The position numbers were made by a program, and so were the translations under genes. 64,000 bases of DNA from Chitinophaga pinensis (GTDB lineage Bacteria > Bacteroidota > Bacteroidia > UKL13-3). Under the pieces are notes generated by a model, which was not told the origin of the DNA, made no database searches, and saw only the letters and a program-made list of their open reading frames with translations. This document shows positions 20,210-30,721 of this stretch, piece by piece. Every line of letters begins with the position of its first letter. The first letter of the stretch is position 1. The DNA lies in assembly GCA_945860865.1 (NCBI GenBank), contig CAMARW010000001.1, positions 336,294 through 400,293 of the forward strand. Direction: 5' to 3'.

Positions 20210-21304
20210 TTGATAAACCTAAAACATACTTCCTTGCGCGTTATTGGCATTATGAGCGGCACTTCTTTAGATGGGGTAGATGTTTTGTGCGCGCATTTTT
20301 ATTTTAAGAATAATGGCTGGCAGTACCAAATTTTATCAGCTAAAACCTATCCTTATTCCGAAATGTGGTTGGCACGTTTGCAAGATTTACCGCAGCAATC
20401 GGCACAAAATTACGCCAAAACGCATGCCTTTTACGGCCGGTATTTGGGGCAATTGGTTCAAACATTCTTAAAAGAAACTGGTCTCCAGGCAGATTTGGTA
20501 GCCTCGCACGGACATACCATTTTTCACCAACCAAATGCAGGATTTACCGCTCAAATTGGCGATGGAGCTGCACTTGCAGCTTATTGTGGTTTGCCCGTTT
20601 TGTGCGATTTTAGGAGCATGGATGTGGCCTTGGGCGGACAAGGAGCGCCATTGGTGCCGGTAGGAGATGCGCTTTTATTTGCCGAGTATGATGCTTGTTT
20701 AAATTTGGGTGGATTTTCAAATATTTCTTTTAAAAAGAGCCACATGCGATTAGCCTTTGATGTATCGCCTTGTAACTTGATTTTAAATAAAGTGGCACAA
20801 ACGCTTGGTTTTGCCTACGATAACAAAGGTGCTTTGGCGCAAAGTGCTGAACCAAACCTTGCGTTACTGGCCCAATTAAATGCATTACCTTTTTATGGGT
20901 TAACAGGAGCAAAATCTTTAGGCATAGAATGGCTGAACCAACACTTCTGGCCCATTATTGAAAAGGGTGAAACCCTCGCAGAAACAGAGTTGTTGGCCAC
21001 TTTTACGCAACATATAGCTAATCAAGTGGCACAAGTAATTAATGCGCATGCAATTAAAGATGTTTTAGTAACGGGAGGCGGTGCCCTAAACGATTATTTG
21101 GTTCAGCAAATACAAGAAAAAACAGCAGCAAAGTTGATTGTGCCCGAAATAGAATTGGTACAATTTAAAGAGGCGCTTATCTTTGCCTTTTTGGGAGTGT
21201 TACGCATAAACAATCAACATAATGTTTTACAGGCAGTAACAGGCTCAAAACAAAATCATATTGGGGGGGCGGTTTATGGAAATTTTAATTTACTCGAACA
21301 ATAA
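20210..21304 (+). CDS. anmK: anhydro-N-acetylmuramic acid kinase
   Basis: 'IGIMSGTSLDGVDV' matches the AnmK N-terminus. The start is ambiguous: TTG at 20210 or TTG at 20234. Confidence 0.85.
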   Translation: MINLKHTSLRVIGIMSGTSLDGVDVLCAHFYFKNNGWQYQILSAKTYPYSEMWLARLQDLPQQSAQNYAKTHAFYGRYLGQLVQTFLKETGLQADLVASHGHTIFHQPNAGFTAQIGDGAALAAYCGLPVLCDFRSMDVALGGQGAPLVPVGDALLFAEYDACLNLGGFSNISFKKSHMRLAFDVSPCNLILNKVAQTLGFAYDNKGALAQSAEPNLALLAQLNALPFYGLTGAKSLGIEWLNQHFWPIIEKGETLAETELLATFTQHIANQVAQVINAHAIKDVLVTGGGALNDYLVQQIQEKTAAKLIVPEIELVQFKEALIFAFLGVLRINNQHNVLQAVTGSKQNHIGGAVYGNFNLLEQ

Positions 21305-21319
21305 ATATACAAGGTAATT

Positions 21320-22555
21320 ATGCAATTATTAAAGCTAATTAAGAAATACGAAGAAAAACAGCCAGAAATTGTTTTTGAATGGAAAGACAGCGAAACCGAA
21401 GCAGAGGGTTGGGTGGTAATAAATTCTTTACGTGGCGGTGCAGCTGGTGGTGGAACGCGTATGCGTAAGGGTTTAAATAAACATGAGGTTACCTCTTTGG
21501 CTAAAACCATGGAGATAAAATTTACAGTAGCTGGTCCTGCTATTGGCGGGGCTAAATCGGGTATTAATTTTGATCCGGCAGATCCGCGCAAAAAGGGCGT
21601 TTTAGAGCGCTGGTATAAAGCAGTACAACCTTTGCTTAAAAATTATTATGGTACGGGCGGCGATTTAAACGTAGATGAGATTCACGAGGTAATTCCCATT
21701 ACTGAGAAAAATGGTTTGTTACATCCACAAGAAGGTGTGGTAAATGGTCACTTTAAAGTAGAAGGTGATGCTAAAAATTTACGCATAAACAATTTGCGCA
21801 TTGGGGTTTCTAAAGCATTAACCGATGATCGTTTTTCGCCAGAGGTGTCTCAAAAATTTTTGGTAGCAGATATGATTACTGGTTTTGGTGTAGCCGAAGC
21901 AGTACGTCATTATTATTCTATTTGGGGTGGTAATGTTAATTTTAAGCGTGCCATTATTCAGGGTTGGGGCAATGTAGGTGCGGCAGCTGCCTATTATCTA
22001 AGTTTATATGGAATTGTAATTGTAGGTATCATTGATAGAAATGGGGGTTTATTAAAGCCAACCGGATTTACCAAGGAAGAAATAAAAGATTTGTTTCTAG
22101 CCAAGCAGGGTAATACATTGGTTCACCCAGATATGATGAGCTATGAAGAAATAAACGAGAAAATTTGGGAAGTGGGCGCAGAGATATTTGTTCCAGCGGC
22201 AGCCTCTAGGTTGGTAACGCAGGCGCAAATAGAAAAAATGATTGATAATGATTTGGAAGTAATAAGCTGTGGCGCCAATGTGCCTTTTGCAGATCAAGAA
22301 ATATTTTTAGGGCCAATTGCTAATTACACAGACGACCATGTGGCTATTATTCCAGATTATATTGCTAATTGCGGCATGGCGCGTGTATTTGCCTATTGCA
22401 TGAGCAATGATACAGTAGATTTGAGCGACGAGGCCATATTTAAAGATACATCCAAAACCATTTGGCAAGGCTTGATGCGCTTGCATCAGTTTAATCCAAA
22501 ACACAAAGGTTTACTTAAGAAAGGGCTAGAGATGGCTTTAGTAAATTTGGTATAA
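21320..22555 (+). CDS. Glu/Leu/Phe/Val family amino-acid dehydrogenase
   Basis: Catalytic lysine motif 'GGAAGGGTRM', an NAD-binding 'GWGNVGAAAA', and a 411-aa length. Confidence 0.8.
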   Translation: MQLLKLIKKYEEKQPEIVFEWKDSETEAEGWVVINSLRGGAAGGGTRMRKGLNKHEVTSLAKTMEIKFTVAGPAIGGAKSGINFDPADPRKKGVLERWYKAVQPLLKNYYGTGGDLNVDEIHEVIPITEKNGLLHPQEGVVNGHFKVEGDAKNLRINNLRIGVSKALTDDRFSPEVSQKFLVADMITGFGVAEAVRHYYSIWGGNVNFKRAIIQGWGNVGAAAAYYLSLYGIVIVGIIDRNGGLLKPTGFTKEEIKDLFLAKQGNTLVHPDMMSYEEINEKIWEVGAEIFVPAAASRLVTQAQIEKMIDNDLEVISCGANVPFADQEIFLGPIANYTDDHVAIIPDYIANCGMARVFAYCMSNDTVDLSDEAIFKDTSKTIWQGLMRLHQFNPKHKGLLKKGLEMALVNLV

Positions 22556-22619
22556 GTGTTTTTAGGTTCAGCCCAAATAGTTTTTGTAACTTCGCCAATA
22601 CATAAGAGCTTAATGTAAA

Positions 22620-23714
22620 ATGAAAATAGATTTTTTAACAAAAGCCTTTCTTGGAAACCCTCTTACAGACTGGTTAATAAGCTTGGGGATTATTGCAATA
22701 ACCTTAATCTTTAATGGATTAATTGCCAAATTGGCCTCTAAAGCATCTTATAAGTTTTTTAAAAACGTAGCATCGCCAGAGTTTTACCAAGAATTTAGTA
22801 GGTTGTTTAATCAGCCTTTCGTTAATTTAATTAATGTAATTGCAGTATTTGTTGCCTGTAATTACCTTGTTTTTCCAAAAGAATGGGATTTGGCACATGT
22901 AAGCGATTTTGGTTTGCGCTGGGTTTTGCATGCCTTATTTACGGTGGTATTAATTTATACCATAACGGTGCTCTTTTTGAGGGTAACAGATTTTATGGAA
23001 TATGTTTACCACAACCGAGAAGATGGCCATACCAGCAAAGATTTAACCACTTTTATTAAAGAACTTTCACGCGTTTTAATTTACATCATTAGTTTCTTCG
23101 CTATTTTAGCAAAAGCTTTTGAAGTTAATATAACGGCTTTAGTAACCAGCTTAGGTATTGGGGGTTTGGCTATTGCATTGGCTGCACAAGATACTTTAGC
23201 CAACTTAATTGGTTCTTTTATCATCTATTTAGATAAACCTTTTCAGGTTGGCGAATTAATTGAAGTGGGTGAAATTAGAGGAACGGTAGAGAAAATTGGG
23301 TTTAGAACAACCCGCATCAGAACATTGGATAAATCTCTTTTAATTGTACCTAACAAAAAGATTATAGATTCTAACTTAAATAATATTGCTCAAAGTACCC
23401 AACGAAGGGTAAGATTTGTAATTGGTTTAACCTATCAAAGCAAATCGGATAGTATTTTAAACATTGTAGAGGAAATTAAAGCAGCAATTTTAGAGGAAGA
23501 CCCAATTACCGCGCACGAAATGACTGTAAGGTTTTTAGACTTTGACAGCAGTTCTTTAAATCTCCTTGTAATTTATTTTGTGAACTCAAACGATTACAAT
23601 CTGATGGTTGAAATAAAAGAAAAAATTAATGTTAAAATTATGGAAATAGTAAACAGAAATGGTTGCGAGTTTGCTTATCCATCACAAACAATATTTCTCA
23701 ATAAACAAAATTAA
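22620..23714 (+). CDS. mechanosensitive ion channel family protein (MscS-like)
   Basis: Several N-terminal TM helices, then an MscS pore/beta domain ('GELIEVGEIRGTVEKIGFRTTRIRTLD'). Confidence 0.85.
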   Translation: MKIDFLTKAFLGNPLTDWLISLGIIAITLIFNGLIAKLASKASYKFFKNVASPEFYQEFSRLFNQPFVNLINVIAVFVACNYLVFPKEWDLAHVSDFGLRWVLHALFTVVLIYTITVLFLRVTDFMEYVYHNREDGHTSKDLTTFIKELSRVLIYIISFFAILAKAFEVNITALVTSLGIGGLAIALAAQDTLANLIGSFIIYLDKPFQVGELIEVGEIRGTVEKIGFRTTRIRTLDKSLLIVPNKKIIDSNLNNIAQSTQRRVRFVIGLTYQSKSDSILNIVEEIKAAILEEDPITAHEMTVRFLDFDSSSLNLLVIYFVNSNDYNLMVEIKEKINVKIMEIVNRNGCEFAYPSQTIFLNKQN

Positions 23715-23776
23715 TAGAGGTTAATCATGTATCACGAAAATCCTAATGATATTTTCCTACCTTTGACATTCTTTTT

Positions 23777-25672
23777 ATGAGTGATCCAATAAAACATGAG
23801 TGCGGCATTGCAATGATTCGCCTCCTTAAACCATTAAGTTTTTACGAAGAAAAATATGGTTCAGCATTATACGGGTTAAAAAAACTGTACCTCCTCATGG
23901 AGAAACAGCATAATCGTGGGCAAGATGGTGCAGGCGTGGGTGTTATTAAATTTGACCCAGAACCAGGCGAGCAATTTATCTTCAGGCAACGTGCCAACGG
24001 CAGCAGTGCTATAGCCGAAATATTTGATAGAATTAATAGCAAAATCACCAAATCTGGCAGCAAAGAGGAAGTAAATCAAAGCGATTTCCTTAAAAAACAC
24101 GCTCCTTTTGTAGGTGAACTGTACCTAGGTCACCTGCGTTATGGAACCCATGGTGGCAACAGTAAAGACCTTTGCCATCCCTTTATTCGTGATAATAACT
24201 GGATGAGCCGCAACCTGCTATTGGCCGGTAACTTTAACCTAACCAATGTTGATGAACTTTTTGAGGTATTGATAGAACTGGGCCAGCACCCAAGAGACCG
24301 CGCCGATACTGTTACCATGCTCGAAAAAATGGGGCATTTCTTAGATGAAGAGGTGCAACGTAACTTTACACGCTTTAAATTAGAGGGGCACTCAAATCAA
24401 GATATTAGTCAGCACATGAGCAGCCATGTTAATGTAGAAACTATCTTGAAGCGCTCTTTAAGAGATGCAGATGGAGGCTACGTTATGGCGGGTATGATTG
24501 GGCACGGCGATGCTTTTGTAGTGCGCGATCCCAATGGCATTCGCCCATGTTTCTATTACAAAAACGACGAGATTGTTGTAATTACAAGTGAAAAGCCGGC
24601 TATTATGACGGGCTTCAATATTGCCTATAGCGATATTAAAGAATTAGGCTTAGGCAATGCACTTATCATGAAAAAAGATGGCGATGTGCAAGAAGTAAAT
24701 ATCATGCCTCCCGGAGAGCGCTTGTCGTGCTCGTTTGAACGTATTTATTTTTCGAGGGGAAATGATAAAGAGATTTACCAGGAGCGTAAAATGTTGGGCC
24801 ATTTGCTGGCACCAAAAATAATGAAATCGCTCAATTACGATTTTGATAACACCGTTTTCTCTTATATACCCAATACGGCCGCTGTTGCTTTTTATGGCAT
24901 GATTGAGGGCGTTTATGAAATATTAAACGAGTGGAAGGTGCAAGAAATATTAAATTTAGGTCCCAACCCCGACACCAAAGAACTTAAGAAAATATTAGAC
25001 GTGCTTCTGCGCAGAGAGCGCGTAGCTATTAAGGATGCCAAACTTAGAACGTTTATAACTGATGATGCTCACCGCGAAGATATGGTGGCACATGTTTATG
25101 ATGTTACTTATGGTTTAATTAGAAACAACGTAGATACGTTGGTAGTAATAGACGATTCAATTGTACGCGGAACTACACTTAGAACTAGTATTTTAAGAAT
25201 TTTAGATCGTTTACATCCTAAGAAAATAATCATTGTTTCTTCTTCGCCTCAAATAAGATATCCAGATTGTTATGGTATTGATATGAGCAGAATGAAAGAT
25301 TTTGTGGCTTTTCAAGCAATGGTTTCTTTGCTCAAAACGCATAACCTAGAACATTTACTTACATCGGTTTACGACAAATGTAAAGCGCAAGAGAATTTGC
25401 CCAAAGAAGAAATGGTAAATTATGTTAAAGAGTTGTATGCGCCATTTACAGCCGACCAAATAAGTGCACGCATTTCAGAAATAGTTACACCAGATGAGAT
25501 AAACGCTAAGGTTGAGGTTGTTTATCAAAGCATTGAAAACTTACATACTGCTTGTCCGAGGCATTTAGGTGATTGGTATTTTACCGGAAATTACCCAACA
25601 CCGGGCGGATTTAAAGTTGTAAACAAGGCATTTATCAATTACATGGAAGGTAATGCCGGTAGGGCTTATTAA
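23777..25672 (+). CDS. purF: amidophosphoribosyltransferase, long Bacteroidetes-type class II glutamine amidotransferase
   Basis: Ntn-hydrolase N-terminus 'MSDPIKHECGIAMI' with the catalytic Cys straight after a short leader, plus a PRTase domain 'VIDDSIVRGTT'. Confidence 0.8.
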   Translation: MSDPIKHECGIAMIRLLKPLSFYEEKYGSALYGLKKLYLLMEKQHNRGQDGAGVGVIKFDPEPGEQFIFRQRANGSSAIAEIFDRINSKITKSGSKEEVNQSDFLKKHAPFVGELYLGHLRYGTHGGNSKDLCHPFIRDNNWMSRNLLLAGNFNLTNVDELFEVLIELGQHPRDRADTVTMLEKMGHFLDEEVQRNFTRFKLEGHSNQDISQHMSSHVNVETILKRSLRDADGGYVMAGMIGHGDAFVVRDPNGIRPCFYYKNDEIVVITSEKPAIMTGFNIAYSDIKELGLGNALIMKKDGDVQEVNIMPPGERLSCSFERIYFSRGNDKEIYQERKMLGHLLAPKIMKSLNYDFDNTVFSYIPNTAAVAFYGMIEGVYEILNEWKVQEILNLGPNPDTKELKKILDVLLRRERVAIKDAKLRTFITDDAHREDMVAHVYDVTYGLIRNNVDTLVVIDDSIVRGTTLRTSILRILDRLHPKKIIIVSSSPQIRYPDCYGIDMSRMKDFVAFQAMVSLLKTHNLEHLLTSVYDKCKAQENLPKEEMVNYVKELYAPFTADQISARISEIVTPDEINAKVEVVYQSIENLHTACPRHLGDWYFTGNYPTPGGFKVVNKAFINYMEGNAGRAY

Positions 25673-25681
25673 ATTGTTGCC

Positions 25682-26404
25682 ATGATTTTAAAAAGTACAA
25701 ACCTAGTAAAGCGCTATAAAAAGCGCACCGTTGTTAACAACGTATCTATTGAGGTGCACCAGGGCGAGTGCGTAGGCTTGTTGGGCCCCAACGGAGCTGG
25801 CAAAACTACTACTTTTTATATGACTGTTGGTTTAATTAAGCCAGATGAGGGTGATGTATACTTAAATGATGAAAAAATAACTCATTTGCCCATGTATAGG
25901 CGTGCGCAAAAAGGTTTGGGGTATTTGGCTCAGGAAGCCTCTATTTTTAGAACGCTCAGTGTGGAAGATAATATACTTGCAGTTTTAGAAATGACTCAAT
26001 TAAGTAAAACGGAACAAAAAGAAAAATTAGAAACTTTACTAGAAGAATTTGGTTTGAACCGAGTGCGCACTAGCATGGGAAATGTATTAAGTGGAGGTGA
26101 GCGCAGAAGAACAGAAATTGCACGGGCTTTGGCCGTAAATCCTAAATTCATTCTTTTAGATGAACCATTTGCAGGTATAGATCCTATTGCGGTTGAAGAT
26201 ATTCAACAAATTGTAGCCAAATTAAAACACAAAAATATTGGTATTTTAATTACCGATCACAATGTGCACGAAACACTGAGTATTGTTGATAGGGCTTATC
26301 TTTTGTTTGAAGGTAAAATTTTAAAAGGAGGAACTGCCCAAGAATTAGCCGACGATGAAATGGTAAGAAAAGTGTACCTCGGGCAAAATTTCGTTTTAAG
26401 GTGA
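25682..26404 (+). CDS. lptB: LPS export ABC transporter ATP-binding protein
   Basis: Walker A 'GPNGAGKTT', ABC signature 'LSGGERRR', Walker B '[11 protein letters not shown]'. 240 aa. Confidence 0.9.
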   Translation: MILKSTNLVKRYKKRTVVNNVSIEVHQGECVGLLGPNGAGKTTTFYMTVGLIKPDEGDVYLNDEKITHLPMYRRAQKGLGYLAQEASIFRTLSVEDNILAVLEMTQLSKTEQKEKLETLLEEFGLNRVRTSMGNVLSGGERRRTEIARALAVNPKFILLDEPFAGIDPIAVEDIQQIVAKLKHKNIGILITDHNVHETLSIVDRAYLLFEGKILKGGTAQELADDEMVRKVYLGQNFVLR

Positions 26405-26448
26405 TAATTTTTCGTATTTTGCATTCAATATAATAAAACACTAATAGC

Positions 26449-26649
26449 ATGATCAAAAAGTTGTTGAGTCTAATCCTACTAGTTGGAATTTTGGGAAGTT
26501 GTGATAATGAACCAAAAATGAGTGAGCAAGAAGAGAGCGCCATAGAAAACCAACTTCAAGCAGATCAAAAAGCCATGGATTCATTAGAAGCTGCCATTTT
26601 ATCTCAAATGGATGATGTAAATTTAGATAGCTTAGAAGAAGCGGAATAA
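26449..26649 (+). CDS. small acidic lipoprotein (hypothetical)
   Basis: 66-aa ORF with a signal peptide and lipobox 'LGSCDN'. The mature part is very acidic. Confidence 0.45.
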   Translation: MIKKLLSLILLVGILGSCDNEPKMSEQEESAIENQLQADQKAMDSLEAAILSQMDDVNLDSLEEAE

Positions 26650-26656
26650 GCTACAA

Positions 26657-27796
26657 TTAGGTAGTTTTTACCTCTATTTTTCCGTCGGCATGTTTAGCAA
26701 ACCTAGACTTGTTTCTATCGTGCACTTGGTCGTATTTTGGCCAAGGCCAGCCTCCAAATTGGGTGCGGTGATAATCTTCAAAAGCTTGGTTAATTTCTTC
26801 TTTGGTGTTCATTACAAAAGGCCCGTATTGAATTACCGTTTCGCCAATAGGCCTTCCTTGTAACACTAATATACTTACCTCTTTGGCACCCGCCTCTAAA
26901 TTTAAATCAATATCTGGCTGAACCAAAATAGCGTGGTAAGGTTTTACAATTTGATTGGCCACTTGTAGGCTCTCTCCTTCATAAAAATAAAGTGTTCTAT
27001 TAATTCCCACACCTGCTTTGGGAAGGGTGAATTTTCCGCCTGCATCTATCTTGATATTGAAAACAGCTACTTCGTTTTTCTCATCTGCAGCCCAAGAATT
27101 GGGTGGCGGAATAGGAGCTTTAAGTTTATCTAATTTTCCTGCAATGATTTCGATTTTGGTGTTTTTTCCAGCTAAATCTTTGTGCAAATAATTGGGAATG
27201 TCATCTCTCCACAACATTTTAAAGTGCGGTTCTACCATTTTACTTTTCTTAGGTAGGTTCAGCCAGATTTGAAAAAGCTCTAAGGGGTTTTCTTTCTCTT
27301 TGCTTAAAAGCGGGAACATTTCTGAGTGTTGTACGCCTTTTCCGGCGGTCATCCATTGTACATCTCCATCGCCGTACCTGCCTGCCGCACCCAATGAATC
27401 TGCGTGGTCTACCAATCCTTTTCTAACCACAGTTATGGTTTCAAAACCCCTGTGTGGGTGACCCGGAAAGCCGGGAACAACTTTGCCATGGTACATTCTA
27501 AAGCCGTCTTTGATAATAAAATCATCGCCCATTTGTCGGCCCAGCATAGAAGTGCTTGGTCCCATTTGGTCGTTGCCCTTTGGAAAGCGGTCTTCGTGGT
27601 GCACACAAAACAAGAATGGGTCGGCGGTTTCCCATTGAAAGCCGAGCGGTTTAACGCTTAAAACTGGATTCATACGTTTATTTTGAAAAGCTTCTTTAAA
27701 AGATTGGGCAATATTATTTACAGGCATGGCAATACTAGCGCCAACTGCCAGCGATAATTTGCCTAAAAAACGCCTACGTGCTAATGGTTTTTCCAT
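26657..27796 (-). CDS. pirin family protein with a Tat signal peptide
   Basis: Cupin His motifs 'HPHRGFETIT' and 'HSEMF'. The likely start is the internal Met giving 'MEKPLARRRFLGKLSLAVGASIA' (Tat motif). The ORF track extends further to 27937. Confidence 0.8.
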   Translation of the reverse strand: MEKPLARRRFLGKLSLAVGASIAMPVNNIAQSFKEAFQNKRMNPVLSVKPLGFQWETADPFLFCVHHEDRFPKGNDQMGPSTSMLGRQMGDDFIIKDGFRMYHGKVVPGFPGHPHRGFETITVVRKGLVDHADSLGAAGRYGDGDVQWMTAGKGVQHSEMFPLLSKEKENPLELFQIWLNLPKKSKMVEPHFKMLWRDDIPNYLHKDLAGKNTKIEIIAGKLDKLKAPIPPPNSWAADEKNEVAVFNIKIDAGGKFTLPKAGVGINRTLYFYEGESLQVANQIVKPYHAILVQPDIDLNLEAGAKEVSILVLQGRPIGETVIQYGPFVMNTKEEINQAFEDYHRTQFGGWPWPKYDQVHDRNKSRFAKHADGKIEVKTT

Positions 27797-27863
27797 GGTT
27801 GCTATTGTTTGTAAATGTAACGTTATTGGGGGAAATATGTTTGTTGTATTATTGCGGAATATT

Positions 27864-29987
27864 ATGCCACAAAACGAACACCATTCCATTATTGCCCGCG
27901 AATTGGGCCTGCCGGTTAAATCTGTTGATGCCACCATTCAATTGATAAATGATGCCTGTACCACGCCGTTTATTGCGCGTTACCGCAAGGAAATTACGGG
28001 GGCTTTAGACGAGGTTGAAATTGAAAATATACGAATAAAAAATAGCTATTTTATTGAGTTAATTAAGCGCAAAAAAACCATTTTAGATACCATTGCCGAG
28101 CAGGGTAAATTGGATGCAACACTGCAAGCAAAAATAGAATCTTGTTGGGATACGAATGTGCTAGAAGACCTGTATTTGCCTTACAAACCAAAACGTAAAA
28201 CTAAGGCCAGTATGGCCAGAGAAAAGGGCTTGGAGCCGCTTGCCTTGTGGTTGTTTAAGGAGTATCCAGAAGACCCTTTTTTACAGGCCGAACGCTATGT
28301 AAAAAATGGGGTTAAAGATGCCGAGGAAGCCTTACAAGGAGCCCGCGATATAGTGGCCGAAATGATTAATGAAAATGCCGAAGTGCGCGAGCGCTTGCGT
28401 AATTTGTTTCAGAAACGCAGTGTGTTTCAAAGTAAATTGGTGAAAGCTAAAGAGGCAGAAGCGCAAAATTACAGAGATTATTTTGCCTTTGATGAACCGC
28501 TTCAAAGGTGTCCCTCGCACAGGGTTTTGGCCATGTTTAGGGGAGAAGAAGAGGGCTTTTTGCGTATAAGCATTTCGCCAGAAGAGGCTGATGCTTTAGA
28601 TATTATAGCAAGGCAGGTAGTAAGGCGAAATGGTGCTAGCAGCCAGCAGTTGCAGTTGGCTGTTACAGATTCGTACAAGCGTTTATTGCTTCCTTCTTTG
28701 GAGAATGAAATTAGATCGCAAGCCAAATCTAAAGCCGATGAAGATGCCATTATGGTGTTTGCAGAAAATTTAAAACAATTGCTTTTGTCTCCGCCTTTGG
28801 GCAGCAAAAATGTTTTGGCTATAGACCCCGGATACCGCTCTGGTTGTAAAGTGGTTTGTTTAGATAAGGTAGGAAATTTATTGGCAGAAACGGTTATTTA
28901 TCCGCATGAGCCGCAAAAAGAGATGGTTAAAGCCGAAGCTATTTTGCGCAAATGGGCAATACAATACCAAATAGAAGCCATTGCCATTGGTAACGGAACG
29001 GCAGGCAGGGAAACAGAAACCTTTGTGCGCGGATTACAATTGGGTTCAGACAAGGCTATTTATTTGGTGAATGAAAATGGGGCTTCGGTATACTCGGCCT
29101 CGGCTATTGCCCGTGAGGAGTTTCCAGATTATGATGTAACCGTGCGTGGCGCCGTTTCTATTGGTAGAAGGTTGATAGATCCTTTGGCAGAACTGGTTAA
29201 AATTGATCCAAAAGCCATTGGTGTGGGGCAATACCAGCATGATGTAGACCAAACAAAATTAAAAGAACGGCTAGAAACAGTGGTGCAATTGTGCGTAAAC
29301 CAAGTAGGCGTAAATTTGAATACCGCCAGTAAAAGTTTGCTTACTTATGTATCTGGTTTAAATGCCCAAACAGCGCAACAAATTGTAAACTACCGCAAAG
29401 AAAATGGCTTGTTTAAGGGAAGAACAGAACTCAAAAAAGTGTCGCGTTTGGGACCGAAAGCCTTTGAACAATGTGCGGCTTTTTTAAGAATTCCGGGAGC
29501 TAAAAATGTGTTAGATAATAGTGCAGTGCATCCAGAAAGTTACGGTATTGTAAGCAATATGGCCAAAAAGCATCACTGCGCAGTTGAAGATTTAATTGCC
29601 AATGAGGCCATCAGAAAACAGGTGGTGGCCACAGATTATGTGAGCGAACAAGCAGGTTTGTTAACCGTAAATGATATCATAAAAGAATTGGCTAAACCGG
29701 GTAGAGACCCGCGCGGACCATTGGTTCAGTTTGAATTTGCCGATGTAAAAAAGCCCGAGGATTTATATGAAGGCATGGTGTTGCCCGGCATTGTTACCAA
29801 TATAACGCGCTTTGGTTGCTTTGTAGATATTGGCGTAAAGCAAGATGGTATGGTGCACATTTCTCAATTGGCAGATAAGTATGTGGCTGATCCAAACACG
29901 GTGGTAAAATTGCAGCAGCAAGTAAAGGTAAAAGTGTTGGAGGTAGATTTACAAAGAAAGCGCATAAGTTTGAGTATGAAGCTATAA
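27864..29987 (+). CDS. tex: Tex-like RNA-binding transcriptional accessory protein
   Basis: N-terminal 'IARELGLP...TIPFIARYRKE', a YqgF/RNase H-like domain, an HhH region, and a C-terminal S1 domain ('GMVLPGIVTNITRFGCFVDIGVKQDGMVHIS'). The start was placed at the ATG at 27864. The ORF track begins at 27726. Confidence 0.9.
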   Translation: MPQNEHHSIIARELGLPVKSVDATIQLINDACTTPFIARYRKEITGALDEVEIENIRIKNSYFIELIKRKKTILDTIAEQGKLDATLQAKIESCWDTNVLEDLYLPYKPKRKTKASMAREKGLEPLALWLFKEYPEDPFLQAERYVKNGVKDAEEALQGARDIVAEMINENAEVRERLRNLFQKRSVFQSKLVKAKEAEAQNYRDYFAFDEPLQRCPSHRVLAMFRGEEEGFLRISISPEEADALDIIARQVVRRNGASSQQLQLAVTDSYKRLLLPSLENEIRSQAKSKADEDAIMVFAENLKQLLLSPPLGSKNVLAIDPGYRSGCKVVCLDKVGNLLAETVIYPHEPQKEMVKAEAILRKWAIQYQIEAIAIGNGTAGRETETFVRGLQLGSDKAIYLVNENGASVYSASAIAREEFPDYDVTVRGAVSIGRRLIDPLAELVKIDPKAIGVGQYQHDVDQTKLKERLETVVQLCVNQVGVNLNTASKSLLTYVSGLNAQTAQQIVNYRKENGLFKGRTELKKVSRLGPKAFEQCAAFLRIPGAKNVLDNSAVHPESYGIVSNMAKKHHCAVEDLIANEAIRKQVVATDYVSEQAGLLTVNDIIKELAKPGRDPRGPLVQFEFADVKKPEDLYEGMVLPGIVTNITRFGCFVDIGVKQDGMVHISQLADKYVADPNTVVKLQQQVKVKVLEVDLQRKRISLSMKL

Positions 29988-29996
29988 ATTTATGCC

Positions 29997-30413
29997 ATGG
30001 TTTTCTCTGAAAAAATCCATTCGTTTAAGCAAACGCAAACTTTACCAAAACAAAAAAAAGATATGCTACAAGTAAACGATTATATAGCTAGTTTTTCTCC
30101 AGAAGTGCAAACTATATTGAGGCAAATTAGGCAAATAATAATAGACAATGCTACTGATGTTATAGAGCAATTCAGCTATGGTATGCCCGCCTATAAACTT
30201 AACGGAAAGCCACTCGTTTATTTTGCCGCATATGAGAACCACATAGGTTTTTATGCCACACCAAGTGGCCATACAAAATTTGCCAAAGCCCTATCCAACT
30301 ACAAGCAAGGCAAAGGCTCTGTGCAATTTCCTTTGGCTGAACCAATGCCGTTTGATTTAATAAAAGAAATGGTATTGTTTAGGGTAAGGGAGAATGAGGG
30401 AAGGGAAATTTGA
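29997..30413 (+). CDS. DUF1801 (YdhG-like) domain protein
   Basis: 'YGMPAYKLNGKPLVYFAAYENHIGFY' is characteristic of the DUF1801 family. Confidence 0.7.
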   Translation: MVFSEKIHSFKQTQTLPKQKKDMLQVNDYIASFSPEVQTILRQIRQIIIDNATDVIEQFSYGMPAYKLNGKPLVYFAAYENHIGFYATPSGHTKFAKALSNYKQGKGSVQFPLAEPMPFDLIKEMVLFRVRENEGREI

Positions 30414-30460
30414 AATGTTTGTAAGATTTAACTTAAAAAAAGATGTTTAATTGGGAGTTT

Positions 30461-30721
30461 TTATTCATAAACTTCCTTTCTGTGGCCAAGGTCGATTATC
30501 TCAATTAAAAGGATTTTATTAGAAATTGTGTAGATTATTCGATAATCACCAACACGAATGCGGTATCCATCTCTACCTTTAAGTTTTATATACCCTATTG
30601 GTCTCGGATTTTCGGCAAGACCAAATAGGGCTTCTTTTATATTTGAATAATAAGGTTCGCTAATTTTTTCAAGTGCCTTTATTGGTCTTTTTTTTAGCTT
30701 AATTCTAAATTTGGAAATCAT
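30461..30721 (-). CDS. type II toxin-antitoxin system RelE/ParE family toxin
   Basis: 86-aa basic protein of RelE/ParE-type length and pattern ('RIIYTISNKILLIEIIDLGHRKEVY'), translationally coupled to an upstream small acidic ORF. Confidence 0.75.
   Translation of the reverse strand: MISKFRIKLKKRPIKALEKISEPYYSNIKEALFGLAENPRPIGYIKLKGRDGYRIRVGDYRIIYTISNKILLIEIIDLGHRKEVYE

Noticed and set aside
27726-27863. N-terminal extensions of tex (from 27726) and pirin (to 27937) given by the ORF track
   Set aside because: The two extensions would overlap each other on opposite strands. Tex proteins begin near the 'IARELG' motif, and the pirin gains a sensible Tat signal when started at 27796. The shorter starts leave a 67-bp divergent promoter region.
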